Below, piece by piece: positions 13,401 through 28,400 of a stretch of 64,000 nt of DNA. Both the position numbers and the translations under genes were made by a program. The notes under the pieces are model-generated. The model searched no databases, had not been told where the DNA came from, and saw only the letters and a program-made list of their open reading frames with translations. The stretch comes from Antedon mediterranea (taxonomy: Eukaryota > Animalia > Echinodermata), in contig NC_092672.1 of assembly GCF_964355755.1 (NCBI RefSeq), positions 22,271,237-22,335,236 of the forward strand, written 5' to 3'. Positions within the stretch are counted from its first letter, which is position 1, and each line of letters starts with the position of its first letter.

Positions 13401-16400
13401 TAGGTGTTCAACATGTACAGTATGTACAGGGATATATATAGTATATATTATAAACATCACACTGGCAAGTATGTTAGTAGGTATTCAACATGTACAGTAT
13501 GTACAGGGATATATATAGTATATATTATAAACAACACACTGGCAAGTATGTTAGTAGGTGTTCAACATGTACAGTATGCACAGGGATATATATAGTATAT
13601 ATTATAAACAACACACTGGCAAGTATGTTAGTAGGTATTCAACATGTACAGTATGTACAGGGATATATATAGTATATATTATAAACATCACACTGGCAAG
13701 TATGTTAGTAGGTGTTCAACATGTACAGTATGCACAGGGATATATATAGTATATATTATAAACAACACACTGGCAAGTATGTTAGTAGGTGTTTAACATG
13801 TACAGTATGCACAGGGATATATATATTATATATTATAAACAACACACTGGCAAGTATGTTAGTAGGTGTTCAACATGTACAGTATGTACAGGGATATATA
13901 GTATATATTATAAACAACACACTGGCAAGTATGTTAGTAGGTGTTCAACATGTACAGTATGCACAGGGATATATATAGTATATATTATAAACAACACACT
14001 GGCAAGTATGTTAGTAGGTGTTTAACATGTACAGTATGTACAGGGATATATAGTATATATTATAAACATCACACTGGCAAGTATGTTAGTAGGTGTTCAA
14101 CATGTACAGTATGTACAGGGATATATATAGTATATATTATAAACAACACACTGGCAAGTATGTTAGTAGGTGTTTAACATGTACAGTATGTACAGAGGTA
14201 TATAGAGTATATATTATAAACAACACACTGGCAAGTATGTTAGTAGGTGTTTAACATGTACAGTATGTACAGGGATATATATAGTATATATTATAAACAT
14301 CACACTGGCAAGTATGTTAGTAGGTGTTTAACATGTACAGTATGTACAGAGGTATATATAGAGTATATATTATAAACAACACACTGGCAAGTATGTTAGT
14401 AGGTGTTTAACATGTATAGTATGTACAGAGGTATATAGAGTATATATTATAAACAACACACTGGCAAGTATGTTAGTAGGTGTTCAACATGTACAGTATG
14501 TACAGAGGTATATATAGTATATATTATAAACATCACACTGGCAAGTATGTTAGTAGGTGTTTAACATGTACAGTATGTACAGAGGTATATAGAGTATATA
14601 CCGTATTATAAACATCACACTGGCAAGTATGTTAGTAGGTGTTCAACATGTACAGTATGTACAGGGATATATATATTATATATTATAAACAACACACTGG
14701 CAAGTATGTTAGTAGGTGTTCAACATGTACAGTATGCACAGGGATATATATAGTATATATTATAAACAACACACTGGCAAGTATGTTAGTAGGTGTTCAA
14801 CATGTACAGTATGCACAGGGATATATATAGTATATATTATAAACAACACACTGGCAAGTATGTTAGTAGGTGTTCAACATGTACAGTATGCACAGGGATA
14901 TATATAGTATATATTATAAACAACACACTGGCAAGTATGTTAGTAGGTGTTCAACATGTACAGTATGTACAGAGGTATATATAGTATATAATATAAACAT
15001 CACAGGCACAGAATAAATTCTATATCGCCCGGAGATATACTGAAATTTAATTAATTAATTTGAAACGATAAAGATGAGGAAATCTGTGAGAATGAGAAAA
15101 AGTTGCCCCCACAGAGATTCAAACCCGGAACCTTCTGCTTAATATGCAGATATCCTAACCATTAGACCACTGGGGCTTTCATGGTATTGTTCAAACTAGA
15201 TTGGATAGCAATAGCACTCTCGGTGTGGTACGGTGGAACAGCACTAGTCCCTCAGTTGTACGCACGCGCACTAGAGATCAAATTGATACGCCCTCATCTT
15301 TTAGTATTAAGTCCTAGAGCAAGCTATTTGATTGGTAATAGTAAAAAATACAATAAAGATACAAATTACGACGCACAACGATTTTGGTTTTTGCTTAATT
15401 ATTCAATATCGAAAATTATTAGCCAGCGTATCAAACAAAAACATACTGTTGCCTAAGCCTAATGTACCGATCTGAATTGTATCAAGTGAATTTAACTAAC
15501 CAGGGTATCAACCAGTCATAGATGGGTGCATTGTTAGTATAAAAAGAACACAAAACAATAGCTGTAAGCTGACCTGGTAGGGAAGCCTGGTACTGATCTG
15601 AATTGTATCAAGTGAACTTAACTAACAAGGGTATCAACCAGTCATAGATGGGTGCATTGTTAGTATAAAAAGAACACAAAACAATCCCTGTAAGCTGACC
15701 TGGTAGGGAAGCCTTGTACTGATCTGAATTGTTTCAAGTGAACTTAACTAACAAGGGTATCAACCAGTCATAGATGGGTACATTGTTAGTATAAAAAGAA
15801 CACAAAACAATTATAGCTGTAAGCTGACCTGGTAGGGAAGCCTGTTGCACTGATCTGAATTGTATCAAGTGAATTTAACTAACAAGGGTATCAACCAGTC
15901 ATAGATGGGTGCATTGTTAGTATAAAAAGAACACAAAACAATCCCTGTAAGCTGACCTGGTAGGGAAGCCTGTTGCACTAATCTCAATTGTTTTAAAGTG
16001 AACTTAACTAACAAGGCTATCAACCAGTCATAGATGGGTACATTGTTAGTATAAAAAGAACACAAAACAATTATAGCTGTAAGCTGACCTGGTAGGGAAG
16101 CCTGTTGCACTAATCTGAATTGTTTCAAGAACACCGCAAGCACGTAGTTGATTTATAACATGAAGGTTATCAAAGCTGTCTGGTTGACACTCAAGACTTG
16201 GTTTGATACAGCGGATGTAGTGAGGTGTTGTTTCATGTAAAGTAGCCATAAGACTGTCCAATGAATTCTAAGATATAAGATACAATTGTTAGATTGTTAC
16301 CCCGAAGATTACATGTAAAAACTAAATGGTATCAACCAAAATAAGTATAAGTAAATACAAAATGGAGGAAATATGTCTGATAATCAAAAAATAAAATATC

Positions 16401-19400
16401 TTGCATATATTATTAGTTACATTTTCAACAGAAGTAAAAAAAAAAATTGGGAAGAAATAATTTGAGTGATCCTGCAGATGTTTATTTGATTTATTTCAGC
16501 GTCATAAAAAACAATTTACAGATAAATTACAATTAATATAATATACAGGAAACAAAATATGAAACATCAACAATATACAAAAACAGAGATGCTGAGGATA
16601 ACCCATAAAATCCTTGTTTCCCTGTTTCTCCTTTTTTCAAGAAAAAGCAAAAACAACAACAAAGCAAAAAAACCTATCTAAATTCTAAAGCAAGAGCTCC
16701 ATTAGTCTTGAAGCTAAATTCATCAAGAGTCTAAGTTTTGAATGAGTTTCAACTTTCAGGATTCTGTACCTTAAATGTTGATACCACTGTAGTAGTCTTT
16801 TTGCCTTTTGTTTTACTTGGACTCTGAAAAAAATTCATAAAATTAACATATTTTAGGTTAAACAGAACTATTGACATAACTGACAAGATGCAAAGACATT
16901 ATAAATATCACACATTTATTCGGCATTGTTCTTTGTTTAAAAGTTTCATGATGTAACATTGATGAAGACAGAACTTTAAAAGCAATGGTATAGTGTTAGT
17001 ACAGTGTTAGTATGGTGTTACTACAGTGTTAGTATGGTGTTACTACAGTGTTAGTATGGTGTTACTACATTGTTAGTATGGTGTTACTACATTGTTAGTA
17101 TGGTGTTACTACATTGTTAGTATGGTGTTACTACAGTGTTAGTTTGATGTTACTATGGTGTTACTACATTGTTAGTATGGTGTTAGTATAGTGTTACTAT
17201 GGTGTTTAAAAACAAATGATAAGATCAATCACCTGTAAACTGGTAACATTAGCATCAACTAATTGTTTCACAAACTTCTTGCTGCTAATTTTAAGCAAAT
17301 CTACAAGTTCTGCTGGAATACCATCCTAAAAACATCAAATGATACACAATAGATTAATTAGTAAATGAACATTCACCTGTGTACACTGCACATCAAATCT
17401 AATGAGCAAATATAATGTAATAGCAATAAGGTTTCCATTCAAAGTAAATATTATAGGGATACTCGGAAAAAAAGCCATGGTAATAGGGCAGGAGGGCAAG
17501 TTGGTAAATTGATTGTTCGTTAACTTGATGAAATTGTAATATTGGAGAGCATATGTGGTTAAATAGGTTGAAACACTCTTGTCGTTTTCTAAATTGAATT
17601 GTGTTAGTGAACCAATTCTTATTTTGATATAAAAACAGAGAAATGTAATACTGTAAGCTGAGCACGTACTCCAGACTGAAAAAAGATGGCAGCCGTAAAT
17701 GTATTCAAAAACATTATTTAACATAACAAATAATAATCTAATATAATACATTCACATATTCTTGTCAAAGAACAGTGAAGATTTATAAATCGCAATGGAA
17801 TGAATAAATTCTAGGTAATCTAGCATTTTTGTATTTGAGGATCATATAGAATGCGTTCACGGTTATACGCTTAACACGCTGCATTGTGTATTGTTCTCAT
17901 GCAGATAGGCTCAACACAGGCATATAGCAGTGCGTACTGCGTAGGGCATATCTGATTGGTCGATTGAAAGCCGCTATTTTGTTGGTTCCCTCTCCATAGA
18001 GAATCACCTTTTGAACTGCGATAACAGAGCATAATAATAGATAGAGCATTACCTATAGCTACAAACAGCCATTCATACATTTTACTGTGGTATTTATTTT
18101 CAGTTATAAGATTATGAGAAATGAGTTTAAACGAAGCAGATGCACTATTCCATAATTGTAATGCTTTGAGAAACTATTTATGAACTTCTAACCCCCTTTT
18201 TTTGTGAATATACTGTAAAACTGGCTTTCAGTTGTAAGTATATTACCTTATTCTTTTCAATTAGACCATCCACTTGGTACGTAACTTTCTCTGCATAGTG
18301 ATGCACAACAAAAGCTGGTGATGTCACTGATATATGTGCACGAGATAAGCTTGCACTGCTGATGGTGTCATAAATAATCTCACAAAATGAACTTGGATCT
18401 GAATGTCTGTTTAACTTGCATTGCTATAAACAAGATAAACTTGCAATTAGAAAGTAAATGACATAATAACATGATTGTGATCTTAGATGGACAGTCTAAA
18501 AGCACAACAACTTGTAGTTTGCAACTGGTTGTGGTGTTACTGTACTTTTGCACCTAACTCACTGGGCATAAGGTCACTCACCATCACTGATGTGCAGCAG
18601 GTGAATATTGGGGTTAAGCTTGAGGTGCAAAAGTACATCAGCAGCAGGTTTTCTAGGCTCAAAAGTCCATTATTTATCTTCTTACAAACTACAGTTTATT
18701 TATTGATTTGGGCAATCAAGACAAACTATGGTTTTCAAGACAAACTATGCCTGTCGGGTAAAAACCACTTTTTTTCAAAATGTAAAATTCAAAATAGGAA
18801 GGAGTTATTATTTTATGACATACTGTACTACGATTGAGAAAGGCGAATTCTTAATACAGCACTGGCACAACTCATCTTTTTGTTGTCATACATGCAGCAT
18901 GGTTTCATGGTACAGCAGTTTCTCTTTCAATAAAAAGTACAAACTACAGAATACAGGTTGTCTTTTTCAACCATTATTTTTCGTCTTGCGAAAAACTATG
19001 ACTTACAAACTTATTGTTTGTATTTTAATCGAAAGACAAACTACGACACCCCAATATTCAACATCAAAACATGTTTTATTGTCAGTGGAATAGCAACACT
19101 TACTTGATTCATGAGAGCAAATATACTGATGTTGCCTTCAATAACATCAAGACATGTTTTATTGTCAGTAAAGTCTTCAAATTGCCATGGAATTCCTTCA
19201 GATTGACAGTCATCCTAAAATAACACAAACATGGCTGTTTAATCAGCAGTATAATTATGTTTATAAAGGTTCATCATTATCACTATTAGATAAAAAAAAG
19301 TGAAAGATAATTCTCATAAACTTTAATTATTATTGTTATCTTATTATCATTTTATATTGTATTATAATTATACTGTACTAGTATTTTGATATTAAGTTTT

Positions 19401-22400
19401 TACAAGATTTGTTTGATATCAACTAAAAGAAGTGCCATATTATTTTTCTCCATTTTTTTTAATGAATAAAAGAACTGTTGTTATTATCACTCTTATATGG
19501 TGCTAATAAAACACTGTTGCACCAACTGTATATTGGCATACTCTATATATAGAAAATAAGTTTGTTGGAATACCTGTTCTGCTTTGAGGAAGTTGTGCAC
19601 AAAATGTTGCTGAAGTTTCTCATTTGCATAATTTATGCATAATTGCTCCAAACTGTTAAATGAAAAACTTTCAAATCCGTAGACATCCAGTAGACCAATG
19701 TAAGACTGGCAACTCCTGGCCATGGTACTGTCATTAATGAATCCAACGAGCCAATCAAAAACTCTGAAACATTAAAACATAATTTAGTCAGTCTTCAAAG
19801 CTAGTTTTTTTTGGTAAAACCAAAGTGGGGTTGAAAAAGTTTGCATGTAAACATTTTCTCCTGTTACATACTAACTACATGACAAAGAAAGAAATTAGGC
19901 AGAAAGAAGTCAGGCCATGACAGCAAGAGAGATTAGGCAGAATAAAAATGAAATTAAATTGACTATGTTTCAGAGTTTGCATGTAAAGTATGGTTATTTT
20001 ATTTTTGTGAATGTTTAAAGGTGTATGTACGATTTGTTGTGGGTAATCCACCTCAGTGCAGACCAGCATGCATATGGGGAAGCAAATAAAAGTTATTGGA
20101 TATGTACAACATCTTCTGTGGGTTTGTTTTGAATGTATAACAGGTCAGTAAAAAGGCAAATACTGCACAACAAGATCATTTTCAAAAGAGTAAGTAGGTT
20201 TCTTTAACTACAAACAAATATAGCTTTAATGTTTGTAAAATACCTGGCATAGAGTAACTTTGCAAGACAATCTCTCCTTGTATGACATTCATCTTTTAAG
20301 CAAGGTTTCATAAAGACACTCTTTCTACGCTTGTGAGATGCAGTGATTTGTCGGAATGCAAGACATCTAGTTAAGGCATCAACATCAAGACCAAGTAACT
20401 GTGCAGCAGCATTAACAGATGTGTCAACTCCTGATGAAGCAACATCAATAGTACAACAATATGATATATTGAATAATTAGTAAATTAGAAAATCTCTCTT
20501 AGGCTGAAATATTTTATCAACATTTTTTGAAGATGGAGAAGAATATTAATAAGATTATTTAAGATTTTTAAAATTATGTAATTATTAACGATATTATTTA
20601 AGATATTTTGTGACCAACCTACCATAACATTAAGGTATTCCTTATGTCCGTTTTTAGTTATGTCTCATATATTATATTATGGTAGAAATAAAAACAAATT
20701 AAAAAATACTAAAAAGATATATATACTGTTGATAGAATATTTTGAATCATAAGTAAACGTCAATTTATTATAAACATAATCTATTAAAACTTAAAGGTTG
20801 CAACTACTTTAAGCTAAACTATAAATACTGTATGCAATCTTAAAGGTCGCAACTACTTTAAGCTAAACTATAAATACTGTATGCAATCTTAAAGGTTGCA
20901 ACTACTTTAAGCTAAACTATAAATACTGTATGCAATCTTAAAGGTCGCAACTACTTTAAGCTAAACTATAAATACTGTATGCAATCTTAAAGGTTGCAAC
21001 TACTTTAAGCTGAACTATAAATACTGTATGCAATCTTAAAGGTCGCAACTACTTTAAGCTGAACTATAAATACTGTATGCAATCTTAAACGTCACAACTA
21101 TTTTAAGCTAAACTATAAATACTGTATGCAATCTTAAAGGTTGCAACTACTTTAAGCTGAACTATAAATACTGTATGCAATCTCAAAGGTTGCCACTACT
21201 TTAAGCTAAACTATAAATACTGTATGCAATCTTAAAGGTTGCAACTACTTTAAGCTGAACTATAAATACTGTATGCAATCTTAAACGTCGCAACTACTTT
21301 AAGCTAAACTATAAATACTGTATGCAATCTTAAAGGTTGCAACTACTTTAAGCTGAACTATAAATACTGTATGCAATCTTAAAGGTTGCAACTACTTTAA
21401 GCTGAACTATAAATACTTTATGCAATCTTAAACGTCGCAACTACTTTAAGCTAAACTATAAATACTGTATGCAAACTTAAAGATCGCAACTACTTTAAGC
21501 TAAACTATAAATACTGTATGCAATCTTAAAGGTTGCAACTACTTTAAGCTAAACTATAAATACTGTATGCAATCTTAAAGGTCGCAACTACTTTAAGCTA
21601 AACTATAAATACTGTATGCAATCTTAAAGGTCGCAACTACTTTAAGCTAAACTATAAAAACTGTATGCAATCTTAAAGGTTGCAACTACTTTAAGCTAAA
21701 CTATAAATACTGTATGCAATCTTAAAGGTCGCAACTACTTTAAGCTAAACTATAAATACTGTATGCAATCTTAAAGGTTGCAACTACTTTAAGCTAAACT
21801 ATAAATACTGTATGCAATCTTAAAGGTCGCAACTACTTTAAGCTAAACTATAAATACTGTATGCAATCTTAAAGGTTGCAACTACTTTAAGCTAAACTAT
21901 AAATACTGTATGCAATCTTAAAGGTCGCAACTACTTTAAGCTAAACTATAAATACTGTATGCAATCTTAAAGGTTGCAACTACTTTAAGCTGAACTATAA
22001 ATACTGTATGCAATCTTAAAGGTCGCAACTACTTTAAGCTGAACTATAAATACTGTATGCAATCTTAAACGTCACAACTACTTTAAGCTAAACTATAAAT
22101 ACTGTATGCAATCTTAAAGGTTGCAACTACTTTAAGCTGAACTATAAATACTGTATGCAATCTTAAAGGTTGCAACTACTTTAAGCTAAACTATAAATAC
22201 TGTATGCAATCTTAAAGGTTGCAACTACTTTAAGCTGAACTATAAATACTGTATGCAATCTTAAACGTCGCAACTACTTTAAGCTAAACTATAAATACTG
22301 TATGCAATCTTAAAGGTTGCAACTACTTTAAGCTGAACTATAAATACTGTATGCAATCTTAAAGGTTGCAACTACTTTAAGCTGAACTATAAATACTTTA

Positions 22401-25400
22401 TGCAATCTTAAACGTCGCAACTACTTTAAGCTAAACTATAAATACTGTATGCAAACTTAAAGATCGCAACTACTTTAAGCTAAACTATAAATACTGTATG
22501 CAATCTTAAAGGTTGCAACTACTTTAAGCTAAACTATAAATACTGTATGCAATCTTAAAGGTCGCAACTACTTTAAGCTAAACTATAAATACTGTATGCA
22601 ATCTTAAAGGTCGCAACTACTTTAAGCTAAACTATAAAAACTGTATGCAATCTTAAAGGTTGCAACTACTTTAAGCTAAACTATAAATACTGTATGCAAT
22701 CTTAAAGGTCGCAACTACTTTAAGCTAAACTATAAATACTGTATGCAATCTTAAAGGTTGCAACTACTTTAAGCTAAACTATAAATACTGTATGCAATCT
22801 TTTTATTGGTATAATACAGAAAATAATTAAACAGCATAACCTTTATATCATTTACCTTGTTTTTCAGAATCAATTTCACATGGTCCAGTGACATCATCAC
22901 TAATAAACTCTATATTTCCAAGATGAAGTATACCACTTAGAACCTACAAATAAACACATTTTCAAATTCAATTCAATAATTCAAAAAATAGAATTATAAC
23001 ATTACTATTAGATTTATGTATAAAAAACATCAAAGTCTATTATCACTTATTTATATACTACCATTTGATTTTCATTACCATAAATTTGTAAAAGTTGTTT
23101 TGAATCAATATACTATCATAATTGTAAAAACTAGGTAAAAGTTCACTGATGTTTACTGTCCACATGTGCTGGATTAGTTCAACCAAGGCATCTAAACACG
23201 GTTCAGTTAGTTCACTGATGTTTACTGTCCTCATGTGCTGGATTAGTTCAACCAAGGCATCTAAACACATTGCTTTGGTTCAGTTAGTTCACTGATGTTT
23301 ACTGTCCACATGTGCTGGATTAGTTCAACCAAGGCATCTAAACACATTGCTTTGGTTCAGTTAGTTCACTGATGTTTACTGTCCACATGTGCTGGATTAG
23401 TTCAACCAAGGCATCTAAACACATTGCTTTGGTTCAGTTAGTTCACTGATGTTTACTGTCCACATGTGCTGGATTAGTTCAACCAAGGCATCTAAACACA
23501 TTGCTTTGGTTCAGTTACTAATAATATCACCACTAAGTTTAACCATGTTTTACCAGTTAATTCACTCTTCCCTGGTAAAACAATGTTTGTTAAGTAACCA
23601 GTTCTAATTAAGTAAAAGTTTCTTACTTTAAATAATTCTTGTTGCTGTGACCTGCTAAGTCCAACATTAGACATTGCTTACTAACTAATTAAGTAAAAGT
23701 TTCTTACTTTAAATAATTCTTGTTGCTGTGACCTGCTAAGTCCAACATTAGACATCGCTTACTAACTAATGAAGTAAAAGTTTCTTACTTTAAATAATTC
23801 TTGTTGCTTTGACCTGCTAAGTCCAACATTAGACATCGCTTACTAACTAATGAAGTAAAAGTTTCTTACTTTAAATAATTCTTGTTGCTGTGACCTGCTA
23901 AGTCCAACATTATAAATTTCTTACTAACTAATTAAGTAAAAGTTTCTTACTTTAAATAATTCTTGTTGCTGTGACCTGCTAAGTCCAACATTACACATTG
24001 CTTGCTTTGTAACTATAAAATCTTGTTTATCCTTTTGATTACCTGCATCTTCTGAACGGTTTAGTTTCACATAGTTTAAGTTGTCTGAACTCAATACATT
24101 TGGTAGTAACCAGTTCCTCATTTCCCTTTCATTTGCGCCAAACAGCATCTATGATAATTTGAAAGAAGAAATGTTAATGATATTATTAAAAAGACTAATA
24201 ATGAGAATAATATAAACTAATAATATATTTCATGCTTTGATAACATTAGTAGAGTGAGTGCTTTCTTGCGCTATATTACAAAATATTACAAAGTGACAAT
24301 TTTGTTTCAAGATGTTTAATATCAGTACCAGAAAGATCCTTTTCACATCTGCCTACATTGATCTCCAGACTTATTACATGTTTTCATATTTACTCACGAA
24401 CCTTGTGAAATCACGGGAAAAGTATTGTCATTGTATAGTTGACGGTGCTATCATTAGTACAATCTCAAGTTTGTGAGAAAAAAAAAGTCACGCTTCGATA
24501 CTTTCAAACAGGTGTACGGTCAGTTAAATACCAGGACAAAGCACAAATGCGCAGAACAAACAAAAAAACAGGCCCCTGTGAATATCAGTAGAATTTTAAC
24601 AACCTGATTAAAACCAAAGGGTATATGTTTGCTATTAGCCTACTCACTTTAGAAACATGGCAACAGAAATATGCAAATGTATTACAGTTTCCAGCAGTTA
24701 AGTTAAACAGTTGGTTATCCGGTTTAAAGGTACACAGAAATGAAACATAACTAATACTAACTTGGTAAAAGATGTGAAAATTCCTGGCACCATCACATTG
24801 ATAAACAACTCTAGTTTTCTCAAGAAGATATGTCTGAATAGAAGCACCAACAACATGATTTCCACTGAAAACAAAATTGTAAAGTTAAAATAAGAATTCC
24901 TCGTGTGTAATTTCATTCTTCCCTGCTATGACACACAAAATGGCATATGTAGAAACTCAAAATGCATGGCCTGTATACAGTATGTTGGTTGAACATTGAC
25001 AAATAAAAATAATGTATGAAACTTACCGACTGAATTGTAGCTCAATGTACTTTCCAAAGCGACTACTATTGTGATTCCTGGACGTGCTAGCATTGCCTAA
25101 GAAAATGAAATAATAGTTGTCTAACAGAGATGGAGTTGTATGGAGGTGTAGGGTACTGAGTGGCAAAAAATTATTACTGTATATATATATACTGGTGCAG
25201 GCCATCAAATATTGCCATCAATTGCAATTAATTCTACTAGTCTTAATGATACCAAATCTGCCAAAAATTAAATTTGAGCATAAAATCTCACCAAATTCAT
25301 ATTTAGAACATACTGTAAGTTGGCCACTGCTGATCAACAGTTTTAGCCTATATATTATATTAGGAGTTTAAAGGATTTTGGCACCATGACTGAAGGTTAA

Positions 25401-28400
25401 AGATATGCTAGAATTACAAAATGTAAAATCAGTACACAAACTGCTTTAAATTATCATTTTAAATTTCATTTTACATAAAGCGTTAATCAATTTTAGGTTA
25501 GGTGTAGCTTTATTTATTTATTTTTAAATCAGTATGATATTTATTGACTTTTATATTTCAGTTTTCTCAGGGAAGAGTTAAATTACAATTTAATTTAACT
25601 CTTCCCTGGTTTTCTTGTAATTTTAATGGTACACTATCATTATGCATTTTTATTTGGTTCTCATCTCTTTATCGACTGTTCTTATTCTATTTTTTTCTTT
25701 ATCTGTTGATGATAATGATGATGAATATAGAAAATTTGATATATTGATATGATTTAAAAATTCTGATTTTGTATATTTAACAAAAATAAAGGTCTAACTT
25801 CTAGCGATCTTTATTAGGACCATAACAGTACATAGATGTTTTTACATTTGAGAATGACATGTGTATCTTACTGTACTTTATTAAAGATAAACATAATAAT
25901 TACCAAATGCTTCAAGAATAGGATTTGAGTCTAATATTCTACGTTCAATGCAATCTGCTGGTGATGGTGTAAAACCATATGAACAAAAAAGACAACAAGT
26001 TATAACAAATAAGTAACAAAACAGAGACAAATCTATAATTATGATGAAATAAAAACTGTAATTTTACATACATGAGAGTGTTTAATGATATTAATGTGTT
26101 TATTTTTATTACCCAGGGTTTTACATACTGCCACCATTGTCAGATATTTTAGTAAACATCTTGCATTCCATGTCTGTAATAAAACAATAATAAATAATAG
26201 AGAATAACAAACGTTTTTGTATTTTCACAAAAAATATTGACTAAACTGCCTTTGTGAAAATGGGTTGCCAACATTCCCTCTTTGCACGTCTGGCAAGCAT
26301 TTAGTGACATTCAATAAATGCTGATTTTGTAACAGTGTCGTTTGAAACAGTAAAAACAAATTATAGCACTCTCTATTACTTGTCCATGCTTTTAGCCTCT
26401 CTATTTTTATTCAAGTTTGGGCCTCTCTATTATTTCAAAATAAACAAGAAATGGTTTTAAAGGTAAAAAATTGACTCTGATACATTGGTGAAAACAAACG
26501 TAAAACTGAAATTGTTGAATTACCTTTCCAGAACCACTTTCACCGCTGACAATTATTGACTGATTAATCTTGTCTAGTCTTCTAGTAAGATTACACAAAG
26601 CTGTTTCTGCAATTACAAATACATGTGGTGGGTGTGCCTGAAAAAAAAAAAAAAATAAAGATGTATATTCCCCAAAAAACATGAAAATGAGGATTAATAA
26701 AATCAAGCCATTTTGCTGTTTTAAAAAAGTTATTCATTTTAAAGAAATAAAAACAAACAAATATAGTGTTTTTACTTTAAAAAAAGACAAAATTAAAATG
26801 GACCTGAAATGGATTTTCGATTTTTTTCATTTTAGAATGATGTTTTGGGGGCTATTAGGTGTTGCTATAATGTATATTGTTACAAAATATAAATTGGCCC
26901 TTTTGGGGAAAGCCCCATTTGAAAATCAAAAAAAATTCGCGGGTGACGTCACTTTGCGAATATATTCCTATCCCTCCAATGGACAATTTGCAGTTTTTTG
27001 GCTATAACTCTTGAAATCTATGGAGTATTTTCTAAAAAATGCTTGTGCATTTGCAGAAACGTATTTAGAATTTTTTTAGATAAAATTATTACCGTATAAA
27101 CGGTTATTCATCGAGTAAATGACGATTTAAAATCTTAAAATCAACGGGTTTTTTCTGGCAATACCGAAGTTGGCCTGGCAACGTTGTCCGGGATACAGCT
27201 CCGTGCGCAATGATGCGTATCCATATTTTCCGTTCGTGTATTTTGTATATCGTTCGTAATTTATACTGCTAAAATGTGTTAGTTTCTTTAGTTTTTAGTT
27301 TAGCAGAATTAAATTAGTAATGTGAGATGATAATTTATTTGTCACGAATCAGGCAGTTCGAAAACGAATTTTATTCATATTTTACTTTGGCTTGACAATG
27401 AGCGCAGCAAGTTGTTGATATCGCTTTGGTCCTTGGATGCACATGAAACGGAGCCTCGCCGCATGATGTGGGTGGTGGATCGACTCCGCGCGCTGGATTG
27501 GGGGCCTAGGCCTAGTAAAGGTTTGGGAGGTAGGCCTTCTAAATTCGGGTTTTAGAACAAACGAAGTACATTTTAGGGACCTACCTATATTTCAACAACA
27601 TTAGATATTGAATAAATTAGTATTAGTGTCAACGCTTCGCGTATCTTTCCAGGCCGTCGATCATTCACTGACTATCGGGCGGCATACACGCTCTCGATAT
27701 CATCGTGTGTATATGCGACGTCGTGAATATAGAGGCTTCCGACGGCCGTTGAAATAGAATATTGCAATGGCGTGAGTAATTTTCGCTAATTTACCATGGT
27801 ATCTTAAAATTTCGTTTTTACTCAAAATACTATACATTTTGTTTTTATTTGTATGGGTTTGTGTTAATTTGATACATTTAAATAACATGTGTGAATTTCT
27901 TGAAAATCGAAATTCCATTTCAGGTCCATTTTAATGGTTAAACTTAACCAAATGTAAAAAAATTACAGTTTTTCAGGTAAATAATGTTTTTTTTCCAATT
28001 TTTGGTCAAAGTGAATAACTACAGTATTATGTGACATAAAATAGCATATTCAGCAAAACAATTATCTTTTAAGAGGAGCTCTGCATATATCTCTAAGTTC
28101 TCACTTCTAAGTGCAACTGAGGACATATTAATATTTTTGCCCAATATTGAAGATAAAGTGAAGTCAAGATTTTAATAGTGATGTCACCAACATATAAATT
28201 TTCCTAAAAATCAATAGTATACTAGCGAATCATTGTTTACCTTTTGATCACTATGGTAACGATGAATCATATGAACATCAAAATGTCCAGTTTCTTTGAA
28301 AGGATTTAAAGTAACAAGGGTGTTGCCAGTCTGAGTGTGGTATCTACCAGCTAAGTAGCGCTCACGTAAACAGTTCAGCACTATGAACAGAAAAACTTAG

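Noticed and set aside
13404-14984. Cluster of near-identical 60-88 aa ORFs
   Set aside because: Translations of the 77-bp intronic minisatellite.
15104-15176. Functional tRNA gene
   Set aside because: TTG instead of TTC in the T-loop, imperfect stems, atypical anticodon loop, and it lies within a dispersed repeat.
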